This document shows, one piece after another, positions 26,991 to 36,302 of a stretch of DNA of 64,000 nt (the stretch's first letter is position 1; each line of letters opens with the position of its first letter). The DNA comes from a virus. Lineage: Duplodnaviria; Caudoviricetes. Where the stretch lies: positions 32,001-96,000 of IMG/VR virus record IMGVR_UViG_2700989102_000001. One strand, 5' to 3'. A program made the position numbers and the translations under genes. The notes under the pieces were generated by a model. That model was given only the letters and a program-made list of their open reading frames with translations, did no database searches and had not been told where the DNA came from.

Positions 26991-27151
26991 CAATCTACAA
27001 CCTCTCGTACGACCGCAAAGACGTGCGGTACGAGGTCCACTACGGGGATAAAACCGAGGTGTTCACCTCTCCGTATATCACTCAACTGTGGTCCTGGCTC
27101 GGTAACACCATGGAGCCGGGGGACACCTTGCACTGGCTACCGGGAGAATAA
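26987..27151 (+). CDS. Hypothetical protein
   Basis: ATGA coupling. Confidence 0.55.
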   Translation: MTIYNLSYDRKDVRYEVHYGDKTEVFTSPYITQLWSWLGNTMEPGDTLHWLPGE

Positions 27152-27153
27152 CC

Positions 27154-27540
27154 ATGAAAAAGATCTTCACCGCAGTGGTCGCGACCGGCCTCATTCTCGG
27201 CCTCTCGTCATGTTACTCCGACGCCGATGTCGCATCGGAGAACCTTTCCAAGGCGGCCGACAACTTCGAGATCCCCCGACGGATCGTGTTCTTCAACGGC
27301 ATCACCGACAACTACCTCCTGGAGATCCAGGGTCGGTGCGCCATCTTCCCCGACACCGGATCAAAGAAGCTCGATGTGGTGTGCAAGATGGGCGACGGCT
27401 CCCTGAAGAAGCACTTTCTGGGACTGTCGGACAACGTTTCATATCTCGTGGAGCAGGTGGACGGCGCCAACGTCAGCACCGACTTCTACCAGGTGAACTT
27501 CAAGCCGACCACCATCCTGCCGGACGTCAAGCTTCGGTAA
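27154..27540 (+). CDS. Lipoprotein
   Basis: Lipobox LSSC; SDADVAS.NLSKAADNFEI.RRIVFFNGITD conserved phage lipoprotein pattern. Confidence 0.85.
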   Translation: MKKIFTAVVATGLILGLSSCYSDADVASENLSKAADNFEIPRRIVFFNGITDNYLLEIQGRCAIFPDTGSKKLDVVCKMGDGSLKKHFLGLSDNVSYLVEQVDGANVSTDFYQVNFKPTTILPDVKLR

Positions 27541-27595
27541 GGCCAAAAACTTTCTCTCCCAAGCCGCTGGACAGCGCAAACCCAAGGAAACGACA

Positions 27596-28528
27596 ATTAC
27601 CGTAAAGGTAACAATTGGGGGCACTATTCCGTGCCAATCTTACGGAAATGTGCAGCCCAGTTTTGAAATAGAGGCCCCCTCCCACGAAGAAGCTTTTGAG
27701 ATCGGCCTCCAGAAGCTGCAGCAGATCTGGAACCGCGTCGGGTCAAACCCCCTGGACATTAACCGGGGTGAGCCCGCCGCGCCGACCAAACCCCAGGGCA
27801 TTCTCAAAAAGTGCCGGGTGTCCGGGGCTGAGGTCATCTTCGATCCGGTGGCCCACACCTACTATGACCACCGGGGCCGGAAGTACCGCGGCGGCTCCAC
27901 CTTCGCCAGTCAGTACAAATCGCCATTCTTGGCGCAGACCATTGCTGAGAAGATGGCCGCCAAGCATGGGGTGTCCGCCGATGACATTCTGGCGATGTGG
28001 CAGCTCAATAGCGAGGCTTCCACCTCGTTCGGGACGTCTCTCCATGCCGCGCTGGAACTGTATGGCAGATATCTGGAGCTGTCCAAGACCCTAAAGGGCG
28101 GCACCGACGAGTCCTGCTTGACGAAAAACCCGGTGCTGCGGCCGATTGTCCAGAAGTTTTTCACCGAAGAGAGAAAAGCCGAGGTGGCCTACTACGAGGA
28201 ATTCGTCGCCGACCCCGAGACGTTGTCTTGCGGGTTGATTGACCGCCTCGTGGTGGAACCCGACGGGTTGTGGGTTGAGGACTACAAGACGAACGCGTCG
28301 GTAACAGACAAGAAAGAAGTCTACCTACCGCCATTCAAGGACGTAGTGGAGCCAAATGCTCTGGGCGGCTACACCATCCAGTTGTCATATTACGGTGCGA
28401 TCCTCAAGAAATACGGCCGGAACGTTAAGGGCCTTCGCATCCACCATTGGGATGGGGAGGGCTGGACTACGTACGAGCGGGAAATGGTCGACATTTCCGG
28501 GGAACTTAAGCCCATCAAGGAGAACTAA
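27596..28528 (+). CDS. PD-(D/E)xK (RecB/Cas4-like) exonuclease; probable ATT start (first canonical start 27650)
   Basis: GTSLHAALE, GLIDRL, DYKT, QLSYY. Confidence 0.85.
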   Translation: MTVKVTIGGTIPCQSYGNVQPSFEIEAPSHEEAFEIGLQKLQQIWNRVGSNPLDINRGEPAAPTKPQGILKKCRVSGAEVIFDPVAHTYYDHRGRKYRGGSTFASQYKSPFLAQTIAEKMAAKHGVSADDILAMWQLNSEASTSFGTSLHAALELYGRYLELSKTLKGGTDESCLTKNPVLRPIVQKFFTEERKAEVAYYEEFVADPETLSCGLIDRLVVEPDGLWVEDYKTNASVTDKKEVYLPPFKDVVEPNALGGYTIQLSYYGAILKKYGRNVKGLRIHHWDGEGWTTYEREMVDISGELKPIKEN

Positions 28529-28848
28529 TGAGCGAACTCGGACAAAAGCTCATCAACGAGATCCGCATGGTCGCCGCGAGCAATCCCGACTACGTCTACC
28601 GGGATGATCACTACACCTGCGCATACGTCCAGGCGGGTGGCCCATCCTGCCTCGTCGGTCATGGGTTATGGCGACTCGGCCTGATCGATGCGAAGTTTGA
28701 AACCAATTGGCTCAATGTCGAAGTGTTCGACCACCTCTGGGCCGAATTCGGCCTGGAAATGGACGGGGAAGAGGTTAACTGGGTTCAGATGGCCCAGGAG
28801 CGGCAAGACGCCGGCCGCACCTGGGGCGAAGCGGTGGGCATCTCATGA
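28528..28848 (+). CDS. Hypothetical protein (paralog of 38544-38903)
   Basis: MSELGQKLI, PSCLVGH, Q..QD.G..WGEAV. Confidence 0.7.
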   Translation: MSELGQKLINEIRMVAASNPDYVYRDDHYTCAYVQAGGPSCLVGHGLWRLGLIDAKFETNWLNVEVFDHLWAEFGLEMDGEEVNWVQMAQERQDAGRTWGEAVGIS

Positions 28849-29099
28849 CCGCTCCACTGATCGAGTCCGTTGACCTTTCGGCATACGAATTCTCCATCCA
28901 GTGCGAGTCCCCGGGGTGCAACGAGTCGGCCGACTTTATGGCTAAGGGTTGCGCCGACCGCACTTATCGCAGCCTTTGCCACTATCACCTGGCGGTCGTG
29001 AAGAGGCGATTCGACCAGAATTGCGGCAAGGTGGTTTGCGAAGATTGCAACCGGCCGTGGTTGTTTTTTGAAACCCATTACGAGGTCACCAAGCTGTGA
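28845..29099 (+). CDS. Cys-rich hypothetical protein
   Basis: Coupled; C..PGC, CHYH, CEDC. Confidence 0.65.
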   Translation: MTAPLIESVDLSAYEFSIQCESPGCNESADFMAKGCADRTYRSLCHYHLAVVKRRFDQNCGKVVCEDCNRPWLFFETHYEVTKL

Positions 29100-29521
29100 G
29101 CCTTTCTCGACCATCAACACCGCGAAAAGAGCCGGAGAGGCCCGTTCAGCAGGTTGACACCCGGCCACCCGGCGCCGACGACCTCGACCCGGTAACCGTC
29201 GAGAGACGTATTCAAGAGCTTGTCGAAGCATTGGATGTCGCACTGCTGGAGTGGCGGGATCTCTTCCGGGCGCACAAAGAGGCTGACCGGAATTTCGACC
29301 AGGCCTACGCCTTGGCGAAGATCAACGTCGATAAGGACGTTCCCTATGCCGACCGTGGCCAGCACGCCACGCTCGAAACAATGGATGAGCGTGAAGCCAA
29401 GGATATCGCCCTAGAGGCATTCAAATATGCCGAGGAGCGTCTGGACGCCATCAAGAAGGCGCTGTCCGCCTGGCAGTCTCTGTCGAACAGCATAAGGGCG
29501 GCGTATCTAAACGCCCGGTAA
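29096..29521 (+). CDS. Coiled-coil hypothetical protein
   Basis: Helical, ends ALSAWQSL..SIRAAY. Confidence 0.7.
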   Translation: MSLSRPSTPRKEPERPVQQVDTRPPGADDLDPVTVERRIQELVEALDVALLEWRDLFRAHKEADRNFDQAYALAKINVDKDVPYADRGQHATLETMDEREAKDIALEAFKYAEERLDAIKKALSAWQSLSNSIRAAYLNAR

Positions 29522-30041
29522 AACGCCCGGTAGGGGAATGATGACGTTAACGCATGTTGATCTATTCGCGGGTATCGGCGGATTCTCGCTCGCGCTTCAG
29601 CGGGCAGGGGCTAAGACCGTTGCGGCGGTGGAGATCGACAAGCACTGCCAGAAGGTGCTCGGCCGGACATTTTCCGGAAGCCAAGATCTTCCCGGATGTA
29701 TGCGACATTACTTCGGCGACGCTGACCGCTGCGGGCTTCGTCCCCTCTCGGGGGGTTATAACGGCTGGCTGGCCCTGTCAGGGCAATTCGGTGGCGGGGA
29801 GGCGCGCGGGCCTGGGGGACGCGCGGTCAGGCCTCTGGAGTGAGGTGTATCGGATACTCGATGAAAATCGACCCGCATACTTCATTGGCGAGAATGTTCC
29901 GGGGCTACTCAGCGTCAATAAGGGTAGGGATATTCGTCTCATCCTCAATGACCTTAATGATCTCGGTTACTTTGTGAACATGGATATTCTGGACGCGCAA
30001 TTCTTTGGCGTGCCACAGCGTAGGAGGCGATTGTTCTTCGT

Positions 30042-30659
30042 ATGCCAGCGGGTCGATCATATACTCCAGCGGAAGACGACTTCATCCGCGCTCATTATCG
30101 CTCAAGTAGTTTCAGAGATATTGCGACTCATCTTGGACGTAGCGAATCCGCCATTGCCCATAGGGCGTCGAAACTCGGGCTCCGCAAAAATGAGCTCCGT
30201 CGATGGACTTCGGATGAGGATGAAATTATTCGAACTCGATGCGGAACCATCAGCCTGGGCGAACTTGCTGAGCTACTTGGACGACGGTCTAGCGAGGTCT
30301 CAACACGGGCCAGAAAACTCGGGTTTACCTCTTGTCGAAAAAGGCGAACGCTCACAAGCGGCGGACACGTCATTAGCGGATTGGAAAACGGTAAATACCT
30401 CGTCGAGCATCGAGTGGTCATGGAGCGACACCTGGGCCGCGCTCTGCGAAGCGACGAGATCGTGCACCACATCAACACCATCAAGACCGATAACGGAATC
30501 GACAATCTATTCCTGTGCGCGAATGCTTCTGAGCATCAGCGAGCGCATCGATCTCTCGATGACCTCGTCCCCGACCTTCTCTCCCGCGGCCTCATCTATT
30601 TCGATCGCACTGACGGAGTTTATAAACTATGCCAGACAATCAAGTCGACAAGTTCCTAA
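30042..30659 (+). CDS. HNH endonuclease with two N-terminal Myb/SANT-like repeats, nested in the MTase
   Basis: YTPAEDDFI / WTSDEDEII repeats; EHRVVMERHLGR.L...EIVHHIN..K.DN..DNL. Confidence 0.85.
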   Translation: MPAGRSYTPAEDDFIRAHYRSSSFRDIATHLGRSESAIAHRASKLGLRKNELRRWTSDEDEIIRTRCGTISLGELAELLGRRSSEVSTRARKLGFTSCRKRRTLTSGGHVISGLENGKYLVEHRVVMERHLGRALRSDEIVHHINTIKTDNGIDNLFLCANASEHQRAHRSLDDLVPDLLSRGLIYFDRTDGVYKLCQTIKSTSS

Positions 30660-30874
30660 CGACCTGGCCGGGAATAGTGGGTGGACTGATTTCATTCGAC
30701 CAGCCGAATGCTCCATCGAATCTCTCCAGCATCTTGGAGACTCCGGGCGAACATCTGCGGAAGTACTTTTTGAGCGCCAAGGCGTGTCAGGGGATTCTGC
30801 GCAGGGCCGCGAAGCGGGGCCGGAAGCTGCCGGAGCCGCTGGAGCAAGCTCTGCGGGCAATAGCGAACGAGTAA
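30629..30874 (+). CDS. Alternative-frame ORF associated with phage C5 MTases
   Basis: LSSILE...KYFLSAKACQGILRRA.KRGRKLP..LEQAL. Confidence 0.65.
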   Translation: MPDNQVDKFLTTWPGIVGGLISFDQPNAPSNLSSILETPGEHLRKYFLSAKACQGILRRAAKRGRKLPEPLEQALRAIANE

Positions 30875-31335
30875 CCGTCTCCACCCTACAAGGGGGGCAC
30901 CCGCGGCTATCGGATAGATGCGGAAGCGGCAGCCGGCGGGCATCTACAGATCCAGTCGCGGCCTTGACGGCTAACGGCGTCGGGACTTGTGGCGCCGATG
31001 ACAATCAAGCACAGGCGGGACACCTCATTGCCGGCATTTTCCATTGCCCTTCGAGGGCGTAAGGACGGGGCGGAGATCGAGTGGGACGAGACCGGTCCCG
31101 CCTACGCCATTAGAACTGGATCTGGGGGATCTAGCAAGCCGATGATTTGTTCTACAGGTGGCGACCTCATTGGAGTTCGCCGGTTAACTCCCCTGGAGTG
31201 CGAAAGATTGCAGGGATTCCCCGACGGATATACGGATGGACAGAGCGATGCTCAGCGATATCGCCAGTTGGGTAACTCCGTCGCTATCCCGTGTGTCCAG
31301 TGGATCGTTGACCGCCTGGTCGCGGTCGATCAAGC

Positions 31336-31668
31336 GTGAACGAGAAGCAATGCCGGGAGATCGTACGAAATAGGGCTGACGATCTTTGTGAACGTTGCGG
31401 GAGCGGCGGCGGCCTAACCCTGCATCACCGCAGAAACCGCTCCCAGATGCCGAAATCCCGCCACTGGGAGGTGGCAAATGCGAGTTACCTGTGCGGTGAC
31501 GGAACGCGCGGGTGTCACGGCTGGGCCACCGTCAACCCCAGGGCTGCAGCAAAAGAGGGCTGGCACGTCAAGCCCTGGGAAGAGCCCGCCGATATCCCCG
31601 TCCGCTACCGCGGTGAGTGGGTTCTTTTACGTGAAGACGGCTCCATAGGAATGATCGATGAAGCATAA
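31336..31668 (+). CDS. HNH endonuclease
   Basis: CERCG, HHRRNRS, N..YLCG.GTRGCHG. Confidence 0.8.
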   Translation: MNEKQCREIVRNRADDLCERCGSGGGLTLHHRRNRSQMPKSRHWEVANASYLCGDGTRGCHGWATVNPRAAAKEGWHVKPWEEPADIPVRYRGEWVLLREDGSIGMIDEA

Positions 31669-31972
31669 GCAAACCGCCCTAAAGCATTGGTCGGGCGAAG
31701 TCATGGTAGACGAGGGTATCGCCACCCTTATCGAGAAGCTGTGGGGCCGGGGAGTCATCACCGAGTTCTCCTGCCAGGGCTGCGGCGATAACCCCGCCTA
31801 CATCATGTTCACCGACCTTGAAGAGGCCGTTGAATTTGTCACGGAGTCCGTCGAGGCCACTCAAATGTATGAGTTCGACCTGGCCGTCTATCCGCCGGTG
31901 AATCATGACTACCCACGGGGGCGGGTGACATTCCCCGCTGACTATGTGGAGATTCTGGAGGAGGTTTGGTGA
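31658..31972 (+). CDS. Hypothetical protein
   Basis: VDEGIA.LIEKLW.RGV.T.FSCQG...AYI.F. Confidence 0.7.
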   Translation: MKHKQTALKHWSGEVMVDEGIATLIEKLWGRGVITEFSCQGCGDNPAYIMFTDLEEAVEFVTESVEATQMYEFDLAVYPPVNHDYPRGRVTFPADYVEILEEVW

Positions 31973-32253
31973 GCGATACTCAAACCATTTCCATAATTGA
32001 GCTTGAGGAGATGCTGTCGAGCGAGGTCCCGTGTGGCGGGAACAGCGTCCCGGTAGCGCGTGACTGCCCCCACAATGCTCCAGCCACTCTAATCTCCAGG
32101 CACCAGATGACGTGCACGGGCAACCCCAGGGCGCTCAAATGCGCGGATTGCCATTTGCAGTGGCTTAGGTACGCGCTGAGTAGGTCCGGCTGGGGGCGGT
32201 GCGCAGGCTGCGGACGCAAGTGGCCGGCCGAAGAGATGTACCAACCCCTCTGA
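31969..32253 (+). CDS. Cys-rich hypothetical protein
   Basis: GGAGG RBS; CADCH, CAGC. Confidence 0.65.
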   Translation: MSDTQTISIIELEEMLSSEVPCGGNSVPVARDCPHNAPATLISRHQMTCTGNPRALKCADCHLQWLRYALSRSGWGRCAGCGRKWPAEEMYQPL

Positions 32254-32264
32254 AAGGGCATTTC

Positions 32265-32582
32265 ATGACCTACGGAACCTATAGCAACCTCAACCTCACA
32301 GAGGTCGTGGAGGTTAGCACCTATCGGGAATGCTACGACTGGCGTGTTCTCGGGGTGTGGTGGCACGAGGAAACCAACTCTTATCGGGTTTCCACCGACG
32401 GGGGATGTTCCTGCAACTCCCCGTGGGAGTACCTCAAGTCTCTTGAGGACTACGGCCCGCCCCTCACCTATGTAGAGGCCCGCACAAAAATCCAGAAAGA
32501 GGATTTCGACCCGGATTGCTTCAGCGAAAAGTTGGACGCTATCGAGAGGCTGGTGCAGTTTGAGCGCAACCGACAAGTTTAA
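32265..32582 (+). CDS. Hypothetical protein
   Basis: YDW..LGVW...DGGCSCNSPWE. Confidence 0.7.
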   Translation: MTYGTYSNLNLTEVVEVSTYRECYDWRVLGVWWHEETNSYRVSTDGGCSCNSPWEYLKSLEDYGPPLTYVEARTKIQKEDFDPDCFSEKLDAIERLVQFERNRQV

Positions 32583-32850
32583 AGGTCCGGATATCAAGCC
32601 GGGCTCCGAAGTCATTTACAAACGAGGTGATGATGAGTTCGAGGCCGTAGTCGAGAGCGTTACCTACACTTCGGCCAGTCCGGCGATTTATGCCGAGCTC
32701 AACCGCTGGCAGAAGGTCCGGCGGGCCCTGACCCCGAAGCGCTGGCGTAAGCCCATCCCGGTCATTCGGGAGGCGCGGGGCCCTGAGATCCAGATCAACA
32801 TGGTCGACTCCCTCTGGCGAGTTCGCCAACAGGTGCAGCTGATGGAGTAG
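32560..32850 (+). CDS. Hypothetical protein
   Basis: ORF in operon. Confidence 0.55.
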   Translation: MSATDKFKGPDIKPGSEVIYKRGDDEFEAVVESVTYTSASPAIYAELNRWQKVRRALTPKRWRKPIPVIREARGPEIQINMVDSLWRVRQQVQLME

Positions 32851-32883
32851 CTGCTCAAGCGTCCCGATAGCTAAAGGAATGTC

Positions 32884-33831
32884 ATGAAAATCTGGGCAAT
32901 GCGCGGACTCCCCGGAAGCGGGAAATCCACCCGTGCGCGGGAAATCGCCAGGCAACACGACGCCGTCACCATCAACCGGGACCTCATCCGCCGGCAGCTC
33001 CTAGACTCCTGGTGGACGGGCAAAACCGAAGACGAAGACCGCGTCACCATTGCCGAGAAGGCCCAGGTTGAGGCATTCCTCAAGCAAAACGTCAACATCG
33101 TCATCGACAACACGAATCTTAATCCGAAGTTTCTTCGCCAGTGGGCGCGGCTCGCCACCCAATACGGTGCAGAATTCGAAGTCGTCGACATCAAAACCGA
33201 CGTAGACGAATGCAAGCGCAGGGCATATAGACGCTGGACCCAAGAGGCCGGCACCCCGCTAGAGCGCTACATCGACCCCCGGGTGATCGAAGCCAAGGCC
33301 AGGCAGTTCCCCATGGAGAAGTGGCCGAAGATCACGGCCGAGCCTTTCGTTCCGGAACCGGTGGAGCGCGACGCCACACTACCCGATGCGATCATCGTGG
33401 ACATAGACGGGACTGTCGCCAGGAATGTCAGCCGCTCGCCCTTCGACTACACAAAAGTCTTGGAGGACGAACTCCATCCAGAGATTGCATGGCTGGTTAA
33501 CGTTCTGTTCTTGCTGCGTTACCACAACCCTGGCGAGGACCATCCGGAGATCATCTTCGTGTCCGGTCGGGACCACACCTGCTACGACGACACCATTCAG
33601 TGGCTGAACGATAACAACATCCCGTTTGACCGGTTGCTCATGCGGCCAGCAGACGCGCGGGATAAGCAGGGAAATAAGCTGCCCGATTTTCTCGTCAAGC
33701 ATCAGCTCTTCAATGAGCACATCCGGGGCAAATACAATGTCCTGTTCATTTTGGATGATCGGGACCAGGTGGTTCGGACATGGCGCCGCATGGGGCTGAA
33801 GTGCCTTCAGGTAGCCGAAGGAAATTTCTAA
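32884..33831 (+). CDS. pnk: Polynucleotide 5'-kinase/3'-phosphatase (T4 PseT-like)
   Basis: P-loop GLPGSGKS, RDLIR, DNTN; HAD DIDGT, SGR, DDR. Confidence 0.95.
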   Translation: MKIWAMRGLPGSGKSTRAREIARQHDAVTINRDLIRRQLLDSWWTGKTEDEDRVTIAEKAQVEAFLKQNVNIVIDNTNLNPKFLRQWARLATQYGAEFEVVDIKTDVDECKRRAYRRWTQEAGTPLERYIDPRVIEAKARQFPMEKWPKITAEPFVPEPVERDATLPDAIIVDIDGTVARNVSRSPFDYTKVLEDELHPEIAWLVNVLFLLRYHNPGEDHPEIIFVSGRDHTCYDDTIQWLNDNNIPFDRLLMRPADARDKQGNKLPDFLVKHQLFNEHIRGKYNVLFILDDRDQVVRTWRRMGLKCLQVAEGNF

Positions 33832-33942
33832 TGGAATTCTTCGCATTCCTGCGGGCACTCCTGTTGCTTTTCATCTGCATGGCCCTTATCGCCATCGGCG
33901 AGCAACTCGGCGAGATCATCGACATTATATCGAGGTAAACAA

Positions 33943-34419
33943 TTGCCTGACGTAAATCGCGTCTGCATCGACTGCAAAAAGGCTGCCGAGGAGTCTGGTG
34001 CCGCAATCCCGAAGAGGAAGCCGGCGCTCAACGCCGACGGCACCCCCGTTCCGGGCAACCGTTGCATCACGCATGAGCGCGAGCGAAAGAAGCGGAGGCG
34101 AACCAGCGCCCGCGAGAGGAATTGGTCGAGGACCTACGGCATATCGGCCGAGGAGTATTGGCTTATATACGCAGAGCAGGGGGGCACCTGCGCCATCTGC
34201 CAAAGGGCGAAGGGGATCGGGAAGAAGCCACTCTGCGTAGACCATGACCACGAGACCGGCATGGTGAGAGGCCTCCTCTGCAACCCCTGCAATGCAGATG
34301 TGCTGGGCCATGCCCGCGACGATATCTCGTTCTTCGAACGTGCAATTGATTACCTAACCTCCCCTCCGGCGGTGCGCGCCATTGGCAGGAGGGTGATACC
34401 CGAGCAACCCGAGGAGTAA
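33943..34419 (+). CDS. Recombination endonuclease VII-like protein
   Basis: YGI..EY...Q.G.CAIC, VDHDHETG.VRGLLC..CN. Confidence 0.9.
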   Translation: MPDVNRVCIDCKKAAEESGAAIPKRKPALNADGTPVPGNRCITHERERKKRRRTSARERNWSRTYGISAEEYWLIYAEQGGTCAICQRAKGIGKKPLCVDHDHETGMVRGLLCNPCNADVLGHARDDISFFERAIDYLTSPPAVRAIGRRVIPEQPEE

Positions 34420-34423
34420 CCAT

Positions 34424-34648
34424 ATGTCTACACCGTGTGCTGGTAAGTGGGATATTTTCTGCGGGGAAGACGGATATGGGTGGTCAGAGGCCAAGAAGAT
34501 CTGCCAGACCGAATGCTCCGAGAAGATGCGAAACAAATGCTTGGAGAGATGCCTGGCGTTTGAGGAGCATGAGCCCGTTCGCCTGGGTGTGTGGGGCGGG
34601 CTGACCGCGCATGAACGAAACAAGATCTACGGCCGAAAGTCTTCATGA
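34424..34648 (+). CDS. whiB: WhiB-family transcription factor
   Basis: Four Cys, AKKICQTEC, GVWGGLT..ER. Confidence 0.9.
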   Translation: MSTPCAGKWDIFCGEDGYGWSEAKKICQTECSEKMRNKCLERCLAFEEHEPVRLGVWGGLTAHERNKIYGRKSS

Positions 34649-35445
34649 GTCAGTGCGCTGCATCTCCGAATTGTTCCAAGACTCCATCGAAGTTTAAGCG
34701 GGGCATGTGCGGCGCCCACCATCGAGCTTATCTGCGGCGCGCCAGGGATGAGGGGGTGTGGCGGGGGCATGTGCCCGCTGGGCCAGTCCAGGAGCATCTA
34801 AAAGCCCTGGCCGATGCCGGGGTGAGCGCTCAACGCGTCTCGTGGGTTACGGGGTTAAGCCTGAACACTCTCCTTCAGATTCCCGAGCGGGAGTCCCTTT
34901 GGTCGACGACCGCTGACAAGATTTTTGCCGTCCGGGTGGATGGGAATTTCCGCGAGGGCGGCAGGGGCATGATCCCCGTTCTTGGGTCTCGGCGGCGACT
35001 GCAGTCCCTGCACTCCCGCGGCTTCACGGTCGCCCACTTGGCCGAGCGCCTCGGTATGAGTGTTACCGCTACGACCAGGATTTTGCGCCCTGATGATCCG
35101 CGCTCGGTGGACAGGGTGGAGTCGGGGACGGCGCGCAAGATCGACGCCCTGTGGCGCGAGCTGCAACTTGCTGCCCCGCCGCAGGGCCCCGCGTGCACCA
35201 AGGCTCGCAGGCGTGCGGCAAAGCTCGGCTGGCCGGACCCCCTGGCTTGGGAAGAGAACGAGATCGATGACCCAAGAGCTCGGCCGCGCATTGACCCCAC
35301 CCTCCTCACCAAGGGACGCCTTGAGGAGTACAAGAAGCTCCGCGACCAAGGCTTGACCAAGAAGGAAATAGCGAAGCGATTCAACCTCAACGAGTCGACT
35401 TTGTATGACTGGATCAACCGCCAGAAAGCCAAGGGAAATCTATGA
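34645..35445 (+). CDS. Multi-HTH DNA-binding protein
   Basis: SRRRLQSL..RGF...LAERLG; W..PLAW..IDDP; C-terminal HTH. Confidence 0.75.
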   Translation: MSQCAASPNCSKTPSKFKRGMCGAHHRAYLRRARDEGVWRGHVPAGPVQEHLKALADAGVSAQRVSWVTGLSLNTLLQIPERESLWSTTADKIFAVRVDGNFREGGRGMIPVLGSRRRLQSLHSRGFTVAHLAERLGMSVTATTRILRPDDPRSVDRVESGTARKIDALWRELQLAAPPQGPACTKARRRAAKLGWPDPLAWEENEIDDPRARPRIDPTLLTKGRLEEYKKLRDQGLTKKEIAKRFNLNESTLYDWINRQKAKGNL

Positions 35446-36302
35446 GCATCTCCATGCGTGCTGTGACCGCCGATGGAATCCTTGAAAAAGATGACAAGGC
35501 CGTCGAGCCCGAGGTGTTCACCTTCCCTGGCGGGGAGCACCACCTCCGCAACATCCCTGATCATCCGAATATCAAGGCCTGGGTGGCGTGTGTGCGGGGG
35601 AGTGACCCCAACGACTTGGTGAAGGCCGGTCTGCTATCCGATGTCGCCCTCGGGCGCTCTCAGGAATTTGCCCTACTGCTACCTTATGCGCCGGCAGCCC
35701 GAGCTGATCGCGGTGAGCCCATGGGGGCCGGTGTTTACGCGGAGTTCGTGAATGCGGTTGGCGCCCGCAGGGTGGTCATCCTCGATCCGCACAGTCAGAT
35801 GGTCGTGGCGTGCCTAAACGATGTCGTTGTCGCCGACCACGCGCCGTTGATCGAGCGGGCGCTGAAAACCTCGCAAAAGAAGTTCCACGCTCTCATCGCC
35901 CCGGATAGGGGCGCCACGGAGCGCACTCGCGCCGTGGCGAACCGCCTCGACATGGACTGGTACCAGGCCGGGAAGGAGCGCGACTTCGACACCGGCCAGA
36001 TCCGTGGCATCAAGATGACGGAGCGCCTGCCAAAACACGGTCGGTACCTCGTTGTGGATGACATCTGCGACGGCGGCGGAACCTTCATGGGCCTCGCTGA
36101 CGCCACCGGCCTGCCCCGCGAAAAGCTGGGGCTGTGGGTTACCCACGGAATCTTTTCCGGCAATGCCCACCTTTTGCGCAACTGTTACGAGCAGATCATC
36201 ACCACCGATTCCCACCCCGGGCATAACCGGGTGGACGTGGCCACGCTGATCCTCCCCGTTTACCACCATTTATTGAACACCGCCCTGAAAGGGTTATTGT
36301 GA
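35442..36302 (+). CDS. PRPP-synthetase-like protein (probable Adps, ADPR-PP synthetase of NARP1)
   Basis: FPGGE, PY.P.ARADR, DPHS, PD.GA, VDDICDGGGTF, VTHGIFS. Confidence 0.9.
   Translation: MSISMRAVTADGILEKDDKAVEPEVFTFPGGEHHLRNIPDHPNIKAWVACVRGSDPNDLVKAGLLSDVALGRSQEFALLLPYAPAARADRGEPMGAGVYAEFVNAVGARRVVILDPHSQMVVACLNDVVVADHAPLIERALKTSQKKFHALIAPDRGATERTRAVANRLDMDWYQAGKERDFDTGQIRGIKMTERLPKHGRYLVVDDICDGGGTFMGLADATGLPREKLGLWVTHGIFSGNAHLLRNCYEQIITTDSHPGHNRVDVATLILPVYHHLLNTALKGLL

Larger units (their letters stand above)
29538..31339 (+). pseudogene. DNA cytosine-C5 methyltransferase, split across frames
   Basis: Motif I DLFAGIGG (frame of 29538); GWPCQ, ENVPG, QRRRR (frame of 29554); RRLTPLECERLQGFP, QLGNSV (frame of 30989). 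Confidence 0.85.
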
